A stretch of DNA of 64,000 bases from an uncultured virus (IMG/VR IMGVR_UViG_3300032282_002939). Lineage: Duplodnaviria; Heunggongvirae; Uroviricota; Caudoviricetes. The stretch is taken from IMG/VR virus record IMGVR_UViG_3300032282_002939, positions 1 through 64,000 of that record; one strand, written 5' to 3'. Shown piece by piece: positions 8,760 to 18,302 of the stretch. The notes under the pieces are model-generated. The model was not told the origin of the DNA, did not search any database, and was given only the letters and a program-made list of their open reading frames with translations. The first letter of the stretch is position 1; the number at the start of each line of letters is the position of its first letter. The translations under genes were made by a program, and so were the position numbers.

Positions 8760-9029
8760 ATGCAATATAAACGTGATAATCTTTTGAAAGATTTGAGAGA
8801 AAACGTCATTGAAGTATTTTTCACAAAGGTAAATGGTGAAGAAAGGGCTATGATTTGCACTCTTAAACCAGAAATGTTACCGCCTTCTTACCTAGAAGAA
8901 AAAGAACAAGAGAAGAAATTCCATAAAGAAAACAATAATGTAATTGCTGCATGGGATATCCAAAATAGAGGCTGGCGCTCATTTAGAATCGACAGTGTGA
9001 GTTACGTTCAAGTTAAAAATTATGGATAG
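8760..9029 (+). CDS. SH3/WYL-like conserved phage protein
   Basis: V.FTKVNGEER.M.CTL and WD....GWRSFR.DSV. Confidence 0.8.
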   Translation: MQYKRDNLLKDLRENVIEVFFTKVNGEERAMICTLKPEMLPPSYLEEKEQEKKFHKENNNVIAAWDIQNRGWRSFRIDSVSYVQVKNYG

Positions 9030-9669
9030 AGGAATTTTCAGATCAATCGTTCAACCGTATAGTATGACGACAGCCCCAAGAATAAATTGTTTATTTGATA
9101 GTATGGAATATGTAAGAAATAACAATATTCAGGGAGATTTCGTGGAATGTGGTGTGTGGCGGGGTGGCAATATTCTTGGCATTATGAAATATCTAGAATA
9201 TTATCAGAACACCAATCCTAATATTTGGTTATATGACACATTTTGTGGAATGACTCCTCCAGAAGATGTCGATGTAGATTTAATGAATAACAAAGCTTCT
9301 GATATTCTAGATCAAGTTTTCTGTTTGAATTCATTAGAAGAAGTCAAAAAGGCACTATCCTCAAGTAATTATCCAGAAGAAAAAGTTAAATATATTATAG
9401 GAGATATTTGTAAAACCCTTTTACTTAAAGAAAATGTTCCTGAAAAAATCGCTCTTTTGAGGTTGGATACCGATTGGTATAATTCAACAAAAATAGAATT
9501 AGATGTTCTTTGGGAAAAATTGGAAATTGGTTCGCCATGCATAATAGATGATTATGGTCATTGGCAGGGGTGCAAGAAAGCTGTTCATGAATTTTTCAAA
9601 AATATTGATTGTGTTCATGAAGTAGAACATGTAGATTATACATGTATTAGAATTTTTAAGAAATGTTAA
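9022..9669 (+). CDS. TylF/MycF/NovP-family O-methyltransferase
   Basis: GDFVECGVWRGG, YDTF.GM, LRLDTDWYNST, IIDDYGHWQG. Confidence 0.92.
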   Translation: MDRGIFRSIVQPYSMTTAPRINCLFDSMEYVRNNNIQGDFVECGVWRGGNILGIMKYLEYYQNTNPNIWLYDTFCGMTPPEDVDVDLMNNKASDILDQVFCLNSLEEVKKALSSSNYPEEKVKYIIGDICKTLLLKENVPEKIALLRLDTDWYNSTKIELDVLWEKLEIGSPCIIDDYGHWQGCKKAVHEFFKNIDCVHEVEHVDYTCIRIFKKC

Positions 9670-9673
9670 AAAA

Positions 9674-10249
9674 ATGTCAACACAAGTAAATTATGGTAAC
9701 ATCCTAACAGAAATATTGATGAGTTCTAAAGAACTATCTTATATAGAAAATCTAATAAACGAATTGCCAGAAAATGGATTAGTTGTAGAATGGGGTTCTG
9801 GGGGATCAACATGTAGATGGATCGAAAAACTCTCACATACACAGAAACTAATTACTATTGAGCATTCTGAATCTTGGCATTCTAGAGTACAAAGAGCCAT
9901 TAAAAATCATTTTGGTGATTCGAAAAATAATTTTGAATTAATGTGCGTTAAAGAGTTATATAGCACAGACCATGCATATGCTACTCCTATGGAAGAATTT
10001 CCAATCGGGGCTGATGACTACATTAATCCAAATGACAGTATCTGGGATGCAAATATTTACATCATTGATGGTATTGCTCGTGGAGCATGTTGTATTAGTG
10101 TCTTATTAAATCACAAAAAACCAAATCCAGTAATTCTTTTAAAAGATTATGTTGGAAGAGAAAATTGGTATAATTGGGCTTGTCAATTTTTTAACATTGA
10201 AGTCATTGGCGAAACTACAGCAAGATTAACAATTAAAGGAAAAGAATAA
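9674..10249 (+). CDS. Class I SAM-dependent methyltransferase-like protein
   Basis: VEWGSGGST, IEH...W, IIDGIAR. Confidence 0.75.
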   Translation: MSTQVNYGNILTEILMSSKELSYIENLINELPENGLVVEWGSGGSTCRWIEKLSHTQKLITIEHSESWHSRVQRAIKNHFGDSKNNFELMCVKELYSTDHAYATPMEEFPIGADDYINPNDSIWDANIYIIDGIARGACCISVLLNHKKPNPVILLKDYVGRENWYNWACQFFNIEVIGETTARLTIKGKE

Positions 10250-10602
10250 TGTCATATTGGGGTTATCATCTAATGATGGATTGTGCTGATTGCGATCCAT
10301 TTGCTATTAAAGATTATGATACTGTTTATCGTTTTGCAAAAGAATTAGTTGAAGCAATTGATATGGTCGCATATGGCGAACCACAAATTGTTAATTTTGG
10401 GACAGGAGACAAGGCTGGCTTCACTTTAGTGCAACTAATTGAGACAAGTAATATCTGTGCTCATTTTGTTAATGAGACTAATGCAATTTATCTAGACGTA
10501 TTTTCTTGCAAGAACTTCTTTCCTGAAACAGTTGAAGCTCTTGTTCGTAAATACTTTAAATGTAAAACTACCAGTCCTATGGTTAGAGTGAGGCAGGCTT
10601 GA
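10249..10602 (+). CDS. Second SpeD-like pyruvoyl decarboxylase (divergent)
   Basis: WGYHLMMD, GFTLVQLIETSNI.AHF, YLDVFSCK. Confidence 0.85.
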   Translation: MSYWGYHLMMDCADCDPFAIKDYDTVYRFAKELVEAIDMVAYGEPQIVNFGTGDKAGFTLVQLIETSNICAHFVNETNAIYLDVFSCKNFFPETVEALVRKYFKCKTTSPMVRVRQA

Positions 10603-10997
10603 TAACAGGTTTTACATGTGGTGCATTTGATTTTTTACATCCTGGGCATTTATATATGCTCAAGGAATGTAAAAATCATTGTGACTATTTGATAGTTGGT
10701 TTACACACAAATCCTAATTTGGATAGAAAAGAAAAAAATGTACCATTACAATCATCATATGAAAGATATGTTCAATTAAGAGAATGTAAACATGTTGATG
10801 CTATCATACCATATGATTATGAGAGAGATTTAATCAATATTCTTGCAACAGAAGAGATTGATATACGTTTTGTTGGTGAAGAATATAAAGATTTGGATAT
10901 TACTGGTATTGATATATGTAGAGAAAGAAATATAGAAATTTTCTACAATAAAAGACTACACAATATGAGTTCTTCAGAATTAAGGAAAAGAATATGA
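10599..10997 (+). CDS. HIGH-type nucleotidyltransferase (TagD / HldE C-terminal domain-like)
   Basis: GFTCGAFDFLHPGH, LIVGL, ER, R..NMSSSELR. Confidence 0.88.
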   Translation: MITGFTCGAFDFLHPGHLYMLKECKNHCDYLIVGLHTNPNLDRKEKNVPLQSSYERYVQLRECKHVDAIIPYDYERDLINILATEEIDIRFVGEEYKDLDITGIDICRERNIEIFYNKRLHNMSSSELRKRI

Positions 10998-11578
10998 GTT
11001 TTACAGATTTATTTTTTGGTGAAGTGATTTCTATTGCAGAATATATTGATAAAAATGCAATTGAAGATATTGTTGAAAATTTGGTTGATATCAGAGACAA
11101 CAATGGTAGAATGTTTATTCTTGGTGTTGGTGGTTCGGCTGGCAACGCTTCTCATATGACAAATGATTTTAGAAAGCTCTGTAATCTTGAAACGTATTGT
11201 CCGACTGATAATGTCAGTGAATTAACAGCAAGAACAAACGATGAAGGGTTTGATACCATCTTTGAAGAATATCTCAAGATAAGCAAATTCAATGACAAAG
11301 ATTGTATTTTTATTCTTTCTGTTGGTGGTGGCAATGAAGAAAAAAATGTATCTGTGGGCTTGATTAAAGCTATAAAGTATGCTAAAGTACAAAAGGGAAA
11401 GGTGTTTGGTATTGTTGGGCGTAAAGATGGCTATACAGCACAAAATGCTGATGTAGCTATTGTTATTCTTCCAGTTGAAGGTTCAAGAGTTACTCCTCAT
11501 TCCGAAGCTTTTCAATCCATTGTTTGGCATTGTATTGTTTCCCACCCAGCATTTCAAATTAATAAGACCAAATGGTAA
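10994..11578 (+). CDS. gmhA: SIS-domain phosphoheptose isomerase (GmhA-like)
   Basis: LGVGGSAGNASH..NDF, TARTND.G, LSVGGG, HSE.FQ. Confidence 0.82.
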   Translation: MSFTDLFFGEVISIAEYIDKNAIEDIVENLVDIRDNNGRMFILGVGGSAGNASHMTNDFRKLCNLETYCPTDNVSELTARTNDEGFDTIFEEYLKISKFNDKDCIFILSVGGGNEEKNVSVGLIKAIKYAKVQKGKVFGIVGRKDGYTAQNADVAIVILPVEGSRVTPHSEAFQSIVWHCIVSHPAFQINKTKW

Positions 11579-12117
11579 AATCTATATTTTTTGATCGTGA
11601 CGGAGTGATAAATAATCTTGTGAAGTATGACAAGGAATTTGTTGCTCCTAAATATTTTGACGATTTTGTTCTTAAACAAAACTCAGAAGAAGCCTTCCAA
11701 TTAATGAAAGACAATGGATTTTTAACTTTTATAGTTACAAATCAACCAGATGTCGTTCACAATGGAATGGATATCAAAGAATTAATCAAAATAAAAAAAT
11801 TCTTATTTGAAACTCTTGTAGTTGATGATATATTCGAAGCAATGGTAAGAGGATCAAAATTCTACAAACCAAATAATGGAATGGTAGAATATTTTATTGA
11901 AAAATATAAAATAGACAGAAATCAATCCTATCTTATTGGTGATAGATGGAAAGATATAGTATGTGGAAATTCTAGTGGATTGACCACTGTATTCATAGGA
12001 AATGAATATACTTCACCAAATAATTATAGTGCAATTAAACCAGATTATTTTGCTAATGATATTTTGGCAGCATGTAAAAAAATATTGGAGATTAAAAATG
12101 ATTCAATTATTCGCTGA
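11572..12117 (+). CDS. gmhB: HAD-family heptose 1,7-bisphosphate phosphatase (GmhB-like)
   Basis: FFDRDGVIN, VTNQPD, KP..GM, IGDRWKD. Confidence 0.85.
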   Translation: MVKSIFFDRDGVINNLVKYDKEFVAPKYFDDFVLKQNSEEAFQLMKDNGFLTFIVTNQPDVVHNGMDIKELIKIKKFLFETLVVDDIFEAMVRGSKFYKPNNGMVEYFIEKYKIDRNQSYLIGDRWKDIVCGNSSGLTTVFIGNEYTSPNNYSAIKPDYFANDILAACKKILEIKNDSIIR

Positions 12118-12811
12118 TGGCGCTGATACAAATGGAATAATTAAAGCTTCTCAAAACGAGAAGATTACAGGATTTACTACAAACCCAACTTTAATGAGAC
12201 AGGCTGGTGTTACGGATTATACTAGTTTTGCCAAAAATATAATTTCATATCTATCAGAAAATAGACCACAGACTTGTCTAAGTCTTGAAGTGTTTGCCGA
12301 TGATTTTGATCAAATGTTTGAACAGGCTATCAAAATTGATTCTTGGGGCCAGGAAAAGAATTATGACGTTTATGTGAAAATTCCAGTAACAAATACAAAA
12401 GGAGAATCATCAGGCGCTCTAATTAAAAAATTAGTTGATAATAACATAAAAGTTAATGTAACTGCTGTATTTACAATTGAACAGACTATTGGCGTTTTAG
12501 TGAATTTAAATAAAGAAGTTAAATCAATTATCTCTATTTTCGCAGGAAGAATTGCTGATACAGGAATTGATCCATTGCCAGTAATGCGGAAAATTGTTCG
12601 AATTAATGGTGGTCTGTCTCAAATTCTCTGGGCTTCTCCAAGAGAAGTATTAAATTATGTTCATGCAGAACAATCATCTTGTGATATCATCACAATGACT
12701 CCTGATCTAATAAAAAAATTGGATAATTTTGGTAAAGATATGAATACTTTTTCTCTAGAAACTGTAAAAATGTTTTATGACGATGCAACAAAATCAGGAT
12801 ATTCTATCTAA
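12098..12811 (+). CDS. tal: Transaldolase
   Basis: LFADGAD, GFTTNPTLM, YVKIP (Schiff-base Lys), VNVTAVF, SIFAGRIADTG; GGAG RBS before the ATG at 12098. Confidence 0.92.
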   Translation: MIQLFADGADTNGIIKASQNEKITGFTTNPTLMRQAGVTDYTSFAKNIISYLSENRPQTCLSLEVFADDFDQMFEQAIKIDSWGQEKNYDVYVKIPVTNTKGESSGALIKKLVDNNIKVNVTAVFTIEQTIGVLVNLNKEVKSIISIFAGRIADTGIDPLPVMRKIVRINGGLSQILWASPREVLNYVHAEQSSCDIITMTPDLIKKLDNFGKDMNTFSLETVKMFYDDATKSGYSI

Positions 12812-13812
12812 TGTTCGAAGAAAATGAAATTTCAAAAAACGCTAATGGCGGAACTGAAATTGCTAAAAGAACTTTACAAGATTTAATTGATCCAGAATTA
12901 AAGAAGCATTTTCAAATCATATCTTCAAGAGTAAGAGAACTGGATGAATCAAAGATTAGAGTATTTTTCGCACACGATCTTCCTGAAGACCCAGAATCTA
13001 AACAATTTGCATCTGCTGATTTTAGAAATAAATTTCATAAATTTGTTTTCATTAGTAACTGGCAGTATCAGAGATACCAACTAATCCATGGATTTCCATA
13101 TGATGAAAAATCTATTGTACTAGAATCTGGAATAGAGCCAGCACCAGAAGATGTTTTTGATCAAAAAGACAAAGAAAAAATGAGACTGGTATATACTTCT
13201 ACTCCACAAAGAGGATTAGAACTATTAGTTCCAGTATTCGATTTTCTTTCAAACAAATATCCAGATATTCATTTGGATGTGTTCTCCAGCTTCAAAATTT
13301 ATGGATGGGACGAAGCTGATAAAAATTTCGAACCTCTATATGACAGAATTAGAAATCATCCAAAAATGACATATCATGGGTTTGTACCAAATAAAGAATT
13401 GAAAGATCATCTAAACAAGTGTCATATATTTGCATATCCTTGCATATGGACAGAAACTAGTTGTAGAGCAATGCTAGAAGCCATGTCTGCTGGATTGGTT
13501 TGTGTTCATCCAAATAATGGTGCTTTACCAGAAACTTCTGGTTCTTTGAACGTTATGTATCAAGGCAATCAAGATATGGATAAACATGCTAGTATTTTTT
13601 CTTCTCATTTAGAAGCAGCTATCAATTTTGTTAAAAACGATAATCATAATCCAATGATTAAATTTAATAAAATATTTGTTGATAATAGATATAGTCTGAA
13701 TTCGATTGCTTATAAATGGGAAGCAATGTTAAGAGATTTATTGAAATTACATCCAACATCAGAATCTAGAGCTTTACCGAAACATCCAACATTTGTGTAT
13801 AGAACATCATGA
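12811..13812 (+). CDS. GT-B fold (GT4-like) glycosyltransferase
   Basis: GGTE, YTSTPQRGL, FAYPC.W.ETSC...LEAM.AG, GALPET. Confidence 0.88.
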   Translation: MFEENEISKNANGGTEIAKRTLQDLIDPELKKHFQIISSRVRELDESKIRVFFAHDLPEDPESKQFASADFRNKFHKFVFISNWQYQRYQLIHGFPYDEKSIVLESGIEPAPEDVFDQKDKEKMRLVYTSTPQRGLELLVPVFDFLSNKYPDIHLDVFSSFKIYGWDEADKNFEPLYDRIRNHPKMTYHGFVPNKELKDHLNKCHIFAYPCIWTETSCRAMLEAMSAGLVCVHPNNGALPETSGSLNVMYQGNQDMDKHASIFSSHLEAAINFVKNDNHNPMIKFNKIFVDNRYSLNSIAYKWEAMLRDLLKLHPTSESRALPKHPTFVYRTS

Positions 13813-14795
13813 TAATTTCTAAAACTCCATTACGTATAAGTTTTTTCTCTGGTGGTAGTGATATGCCTTCTTTCTATCAAAAGGAAGAAGGCGCTGCCTT
13901 TTCTGCTACAATAGACAAATATATCTATGTCATGGTTCATAAAACTCCTCATCTTGGCATAAAAGTGATGTATGATTCTATTGAAGAAGTTCCTGACGTA
14001 GAACAAATGCAACATCTTATCACAAAAGAGAGTTTGAAATATTTTAATTATAATAAAGAATTGACAGTAGCTTCTATTTCAGATATTCTTTCAAAGGGTT
14101 CTGGTTTGGGTTCTTCTTCTGCATTTACTGTTGGGTTGATAAATGCCCTTTCTAATTATAAATGGAATATGGCTACACCAAAATTCTTAGCTGATATTGC
14201 TTGTCAGATAGAAATGGACAAATGTGGTTATCCTGTTGGAAAACAGGATCAATATGCAGCCGCATTTGGAGGGTTTAATTTATTTAAATTTATGACCAAT
14301 GGAGAAGTACAAAATAATCGCTTAGAATTAGATCATGGTATTATATCTAAATTAGAAGAAAGAATATTGTTGGTTTATAGTGGGAAAGGAAGATCAGCCA
14401 ATCAAATACTACAAAAACAACAACAAGCCATGGAAGATAAGACTAAATTCAATTTAGTTAAAAGAGGCAGAGATAAAGCATATCTAGCTTACAAATATCT
14501 CCAATATGGTGATTTAGACAGTTTTGGAAATCTTTTACACGAATCTTGGATGGACAAGAAAAATGTAGTAAAAGAAATAACACAAGATTATTTTGATATG
14601 ATTTATAAAAAAGCCTTGACTTCGGGCGCAATAGGAGGTAAACTATTAGGGGCTGGTGGCGGAGGCTTTTTCATATTCTATGTACCTGTAGAAAAAAAGC
14701 AAGAAGTTATTCAATCTATAACTGCTGGAACAGAGTGTAAGGTGTACGACTTCAAATTTATAAATAGAGGCAGTCATATAACAACTGTTGATTAA
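13809..14795 (+). CDS. hddA: GHMP kinase, heptose-7-phosphate kinase HddA-like
   Basis: TPLRISFFSGGSD, GSGLGSSSA, GKQDQYAAAFGG, GGKLLGAGGGGF. Confidence 0.88.
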   Translation: MIISKTPLRISFFSGGSDMPSFYQKEEGAAFSATIDKYIYVMVHKTPHLGIKVMYDSIEEVPDVEQMQHLITKESLKYFNYNKELTVASISDILSKGSGLGSSSAFTVGLINALSNYKWNMATPKFLADIACQIEMDKCGYPVGKQDQYAAAFGGFNLFKFMTNGEVQNNRLELDHGIISKLEERILLVYSGKGRSANQILQKQQQAMEDKTKFNLVKRGRDKAYLAYKYLQYGDLDSFGNLLHESWMDKKNVVKEITQDYFDMIYKKALTSGAIGGKLLGAGGGGFFIFYVPVEKKQEVIQSITAGTECKVYDFKFINRGSHITTVD

Positions 14796-14816
14796 ATAAT
14801 TGTTTTAAGGTATAAT
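14788..14816 (+). promoter_or_regulatory. Sigma70-type promoter
   Basis: TTGATT-17 nt-TATAAT. Confidence 0.55.
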
Positions 14817-15195
14817 GATGAAATATTCGAATAATGTGGTTTCTTTTCCAAAAACGTCTATCGATCCGTCTAGAGTTGACGAAGAAGAAATAGAAGATCG
14901 TCTGGAATTGCTTAAACAATATCACATACAAGAAACGATAGAGATTGTTATACCTTCCTTATTTAATCAATTAGAAATTGCTGGTTTCTTATCGGAAGAT
15001 GATATACAAGATATGAAAGACGGAGCATTTATAGTTGAATCTATTAGATCTTTAATGTCTAAAAGATATGACTTATATCATCCTTTTCAAAAAATAGCTG
15101 ACAATTTGTTCTATAGCGAGCCTTCAGATCCGTTTTCGTTAAAGATCAAAGAATCTTTAACAATAAAATTTAACAGTAAAAAAGGTGAATCGTGA
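14815..15195 (+). CDS. Conserved hypothetical protein of T4-like phages
   Basis: NNVVSFP N-terminus; ESIRS......HP.Q motif. Confidence 0.7.
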   Translation: MMKYSNNVVSFPKTSIDPSRVDEEEIEDRLELLKQYHIQETIEIVIPSLFNQLEIAGFLSEDDIQDMKDGAFIVESIRSLMSKRYDLYHPFQKIADNLFYSEPSDPFSLKIKESLTIKFNSKKGES

Positions 15196-16049
15196 TTATT
15201 GTTGACTTACATCAGGTCATGCTTTCTAATTTGTTTATGCAGCTTGGCAAGCATACGAATGCAGAATTACAACCTCAAATGGTAAAGTATATGATCTTCA
15301 ATTCTTTGAAGTCATATCGTCAAAAATTTGGCGAAGAATATGGGGAACTTGTTATTGCTTGTGACAATACAAATTGTTGGCGCAAGAATATTTTTCCTTA
15401 TTACAAGGCAAATCGTAAAAAGAATATTGAAAATTCTGATCTAGATTGGAAAACATTGTTTGAATGTCTAGGTCAAATTCGTTCAGAATTAAAAGAATTT
15501 TTCCCTTATCGAGTGATTGACGTTGAAACAGCAGAAGCCGATGATATTATTGGTGTTCTGGTTTCTGAGTTCGGTCAAGGAGAATATGATGGAGAAAAGA
15601 TTCTTATTCTCTCTGGAGATAAAGACTTCATTCAGCTACATGTATATCCTATGGTAAAGCAATATGATCCAGTACGTAAAAAGTGGATTGAGAATGATAA
15701 TCCAGTGAATTATCTGAAAGAGCATATTCTTCGTGGAGATTCTGGTGATGGAGTTCCAAATGTTCTTTCCCCTGACAATTGTTTAGTTCTAGGAGAACGA
15801 CAGAAACCATTGACTGCCAGAAAAATAGATCAATATCTAAATACAGATATTGAAAACCTTGATAATGCAATCAAGAGAAACTACAAGAGGAACGAACAAC
15901 TAATTGATTTGTCTTTTACTCCGTCTTATATTCAAGAAACTGTTATGGAACAATTCGACCAACAGTCCGGTAAAGATAGATCAAAATTGTTAAACTATTT
16001 TATTGCTAATAAAATGAAAAATTTAACTGAACACATCATGGAGTTTTAA
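15192..16049 (+). CDS. rnh: T4-type RNase H (5'-3' exonuclease)
   Basis: WRK.IFPYYKANR, EADDII, SGDKDFIQL, GDSGDGVPN. Confidence 0.95.
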   Translation: MIIVDLHQVMLSNLFMQLGKHTNAELQPQMVKYMIFNSLKSYRQKFGEEYGELVIACDNTNCWRKNIFPYYKANRKKNIENSDLDWKTLFECLGQIRSELKEFFPYRVIDVETAEADDIIGVLVSEFGQGEYDGEKILILSGDKDFIQLHVYPMVKQYDPVRKKWIENDNPVNYLKEHILRGDSGDGVPNVLSPDNCLVLGERQKPLTARKIDQYLNTDIENLDNAIKRNYKRNEQLIDLSFTPSYIQETVMEQFDQQSGKDRSKLLNYFIANKMKNLTEHIMEF

Positions 16050-16475
16050 ATGGCTGTAGGTATTGCTGAATTTCTAGAAAAGGTTGGTAAACTCAAGACT
16101 AACCAAGAAAAAGCTGAGGCTCTTAAAGTAAACGATCACATTGCTATGAGAACAATTTTACAAGGTATTTTTGACCCAGGAATTGAATTCGAACTTCCGC
16201 CTGGAGAACCTCCTTACAAACCTAACACTCTTGTAGATCAACAAAGTGTTTTGTTTAGAGAAGCCAGGAAAATTCAATATTTTGTAAAAGGTGTTTACCC
16301 AGGTCTAAAACAAGTAAAAAGAGAACAAATGTTCATTGAACTATTAGAAAATGTAGACCCGCTTGATGCAAAAATGCTTATTGGGATGAAAGATAAGAAA
16401 ATGTTTTGCAAAGGCATTACCATTCAACACGTAAAAGAAGGACTTCCAGGGCTAATCAAAGATGATCAAGAATAA
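16050..16475 (+). CDS. Conserved hypothetical protein of T4-like phages
   Basis: LPPGEPPY and KREQMFIELLE motifs. Confidence 0.75.
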   Translation: MAVGIAEFLEKVGKLKTNQEKAEALKVNDHIAMRTILQGIFDPGIEFELPPGEPPYKPNTLVDQQSVLFREARKIQYFVKGVYPGLKQVKREQMFIELLENVDPLDAKMLIGMKDKKMFCKGITIQHVKEGLPGLIKDDQE

Positions 16476-16635
16476 AAAAACACGTTTCGAAGACCGTAAC
16501 AAGGACTGGGATGATGAAGAAGAGTATCGTCCCCGTCAACCAAAACAAAACAAACATAGAAAAAAACGGTTCGAGCAAGCTCTACGTACAAAAAACATCG
16601 ATGAATTATTAAACATGGAAGACGATTTAGAATAA
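16462..16635 (+). CDS. Hypothetical charged 57-aa protein (not in ORF track)
   Basis: MIKNKKTRFEDRNKDWDDEEE...; stop overlaps the next start (TAATG). Confidence 0.6.
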   Translation: MIKNKKTRFEDRNKDWDDEEEYRPRQPKQNKHRKKRFEQALRTKNIDELLNMEDDLE

Positions 16636-16877
16636 TGCCAACATATAAATTTGTAAATAATGAGACTGGTGAGGAGTTCGAAGACTTTATGTCGATTTCG
16701 GCTCTAAATGATTATTTGAAAGAAAATCCCAATATCGTTCAACTCTTAAATGGTGCTCCGCTCATACATTCTGGGCGAGGCATGGGAAAGCCGGACCAAG
16801 GATTCCGCGATTTACTTAAAGATATGAAAAAGAAACATTCGCGGGGTATTAGTAGGAGTAGCATCAATACATTTTAA
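16635..16877 (+). CDS. Conserved small protein of T4-like phages
   Basis: MPTYKF.N..TGEEFE, YLKENP, GFRDLL. Confidence 0.75.
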   Translation: MPTYKFVNNETGEEFEDFMSISALNDYLKENPNIVQLLNGAPLIHSGRGMGKPDQGFRDLLKDMKKKHSRGISRSSINTF

Positions 16878-16885
16878 AGGTAATC

Positions 16886-17629
16886 ATGCAAGAAAATAGA
16901 AAGCTATCTAGAAAAGAACGCAGAGCACAACGCAATCAGCAGAATGGCAATCAAGCTTCGGAGAAATTAAATTTCACACTAAAAAATATAGAACCTTTAA
17001 CTGAAAATCAAAAATTGTCGGTCCAAGCATACAATCAAGGAAAAAACCTTATGTTGCATGGAATAGCAGGGACCGGCAAATCATTTCTATCTATATATCT
17101 TGCATTGAATGAAATATTAAATAAGGAAAGCGATTATAAAAAACTTATCTTAGTAAGAAGCGTTGTACCCACAAGAGATATGGGGTTTCTCCCTGGTTCT
17201 CAAAAAGAAAAAGCAAAGGTTTATGAGGCTCCGTACTATGCTATATGTACGGAGCTTTTTGGTAGAGGTGATGCATATGAATATCTAAAATCAAAGAATA
17301 TTGTTGATTTTATAAGCACATCCTTTATTAGAGGTGTTACCCTCAATGATTGCATTATTATCGTAGATGAAATTGCAAACTGTACATTACACGAATTAGA
17401 TTCAGTTATCACTCGTGTGGGCAGAAATTGTAAGATTATTTTCTGTGGAGATTTCAGACAATCTGATTTTATAAGAGAAAACGATAAGAATGGATTACAT
17501 GATTTTATGAAAATCATACAGAGAATGAAATCCTTTGTCTTCATAGATTTTAATGAAAATGACATTGTTAGAAGCAATCTAGTGAAAGACTATATCATAC
17601 AGAAGGATAAATTGAAAATTGCAGCGTAA
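16886..17629 (+). CDS. phoH: PhoH-like ATPase
   Basis: PLTENQ, GIAGTGKS, MGFLPG, FIRG.T, DE, GD.RQSD, DIVRS. Confidence 0.95.
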   Translation: MQENRKLSRKERRAQRNQQNGNQASEKLNFTLKNIEPLTENQKLSVQAYNQGKNLMLHGIAGTGKSFLSIYLALNEILNKESDYKKLILVRSVVPTRDMGFLPGSQKEKAKVYEAPYYAICTELFGRGDAYEYLKSKNIVDFISTSFIRGVTLNDCIIIVDEIANCTLHELDSVITRVGRNCKIIFCGDFRQSDFIRENDKNGLHDFMKIIQRMKSFVFIDFNENDIVRSNLVKDYIIQKDKLKIAA

Positions 17630-18275
17630 ACACTTTAATCATAATCTTGTAACACCAATAAAATTGGTTCGTGAAAACATTGACGGCAAACGTCATTATG
17701 TTCTTCCTGATGGCGACAAACTAAGATCAGTGACCACAGTCTTATCCGAGAAATCGGATAAGACTTTTTTGTACGAATGGCGTAAAAGAGTTGGTGAAGA
17801 AGAAGCAACAAAGATATCTGTACAAGCAGGGAGAAGAGGAACTGCTGTCCATACTATAGCTGAGAGATATGTTTTAAACGAACAAGACTATTTCAAAGAT
17901 TCTATGCCAGCAAACAAATTTACATTTGAGATGATTAGACCTACATTAAATCAATATGTAGATAATATCTATGGCATTGAGCTTGGTTTGTTTTCAAAAG
18001 CACTAAAAGCTGCTGGCACAGCCGATCTTATAGCAGAGTTTGATTCTATACCTACTGTCATTGATTTCAAGACATCAAGAAAAACAAAGAAGAAAGAATG
18101 GATTGAAAATTATTTTCTTCAATCTACAACATATTCTATGATGTTTGAAAGATTATATGATATAAAAATTCCTCAGATAGCCATAATAATAGCTGTAGAT
18201 GATGACCAACCACAGCTATTTGTCGAGAACAGAAGTAAATATGTGAATAGGGTTCTTGAGGTGTTTACTCAATAA
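17619..18275 (+). CDS. PD-(D/E)XK exonuclease
   Basis: SVTTVL, WRKRVGEEEA, RGTAVH, GTAD, IDFKTS, YFLQ...Y. Confidence 0.88.
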   Translation: MQRKHFNHNLVTPIKLVRENIDGKRHYVLPDGDKLRSVTTVLSEKSDKTFLYEWRKRVGEEEATKISVQAGRRGTAVHTIAERYVLNEQDYFKDSMPANKFTFEMIRPTLNQYVDNIYGIELGLFSKALKAAGTADLIAEFDSIPTVIDFKTSRKTKKKEWIENYFLQSTTYSMMFERLYDIKIPQIAIIIAVDDDQPQLFVENRSKYVNRVLEVFTQ

Positions 18276-18300
18276 AAAAGGGAGCCAAGGCTCCCTTTTA
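18274..18300. terminator. Bidirectional intrinsic terminator between the convergent arms
   Basis: aaaagggagcc-aa-ggctccctttt. Confidence 0.88.
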
Positions 18301-18302
18301 AT

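Noticed and set aside
12002..12097. N-terminal extension of transaldolase
   Set aside because: Overlaps gmhB; the RBS and family N-terminus point to the ATG at 12098
17619..18275. Cas4 / CRISPR system
   Set aside because: A stand-alone PD-(D/E)XK exonuclease typical of T4-like phages; no array or other cas genes
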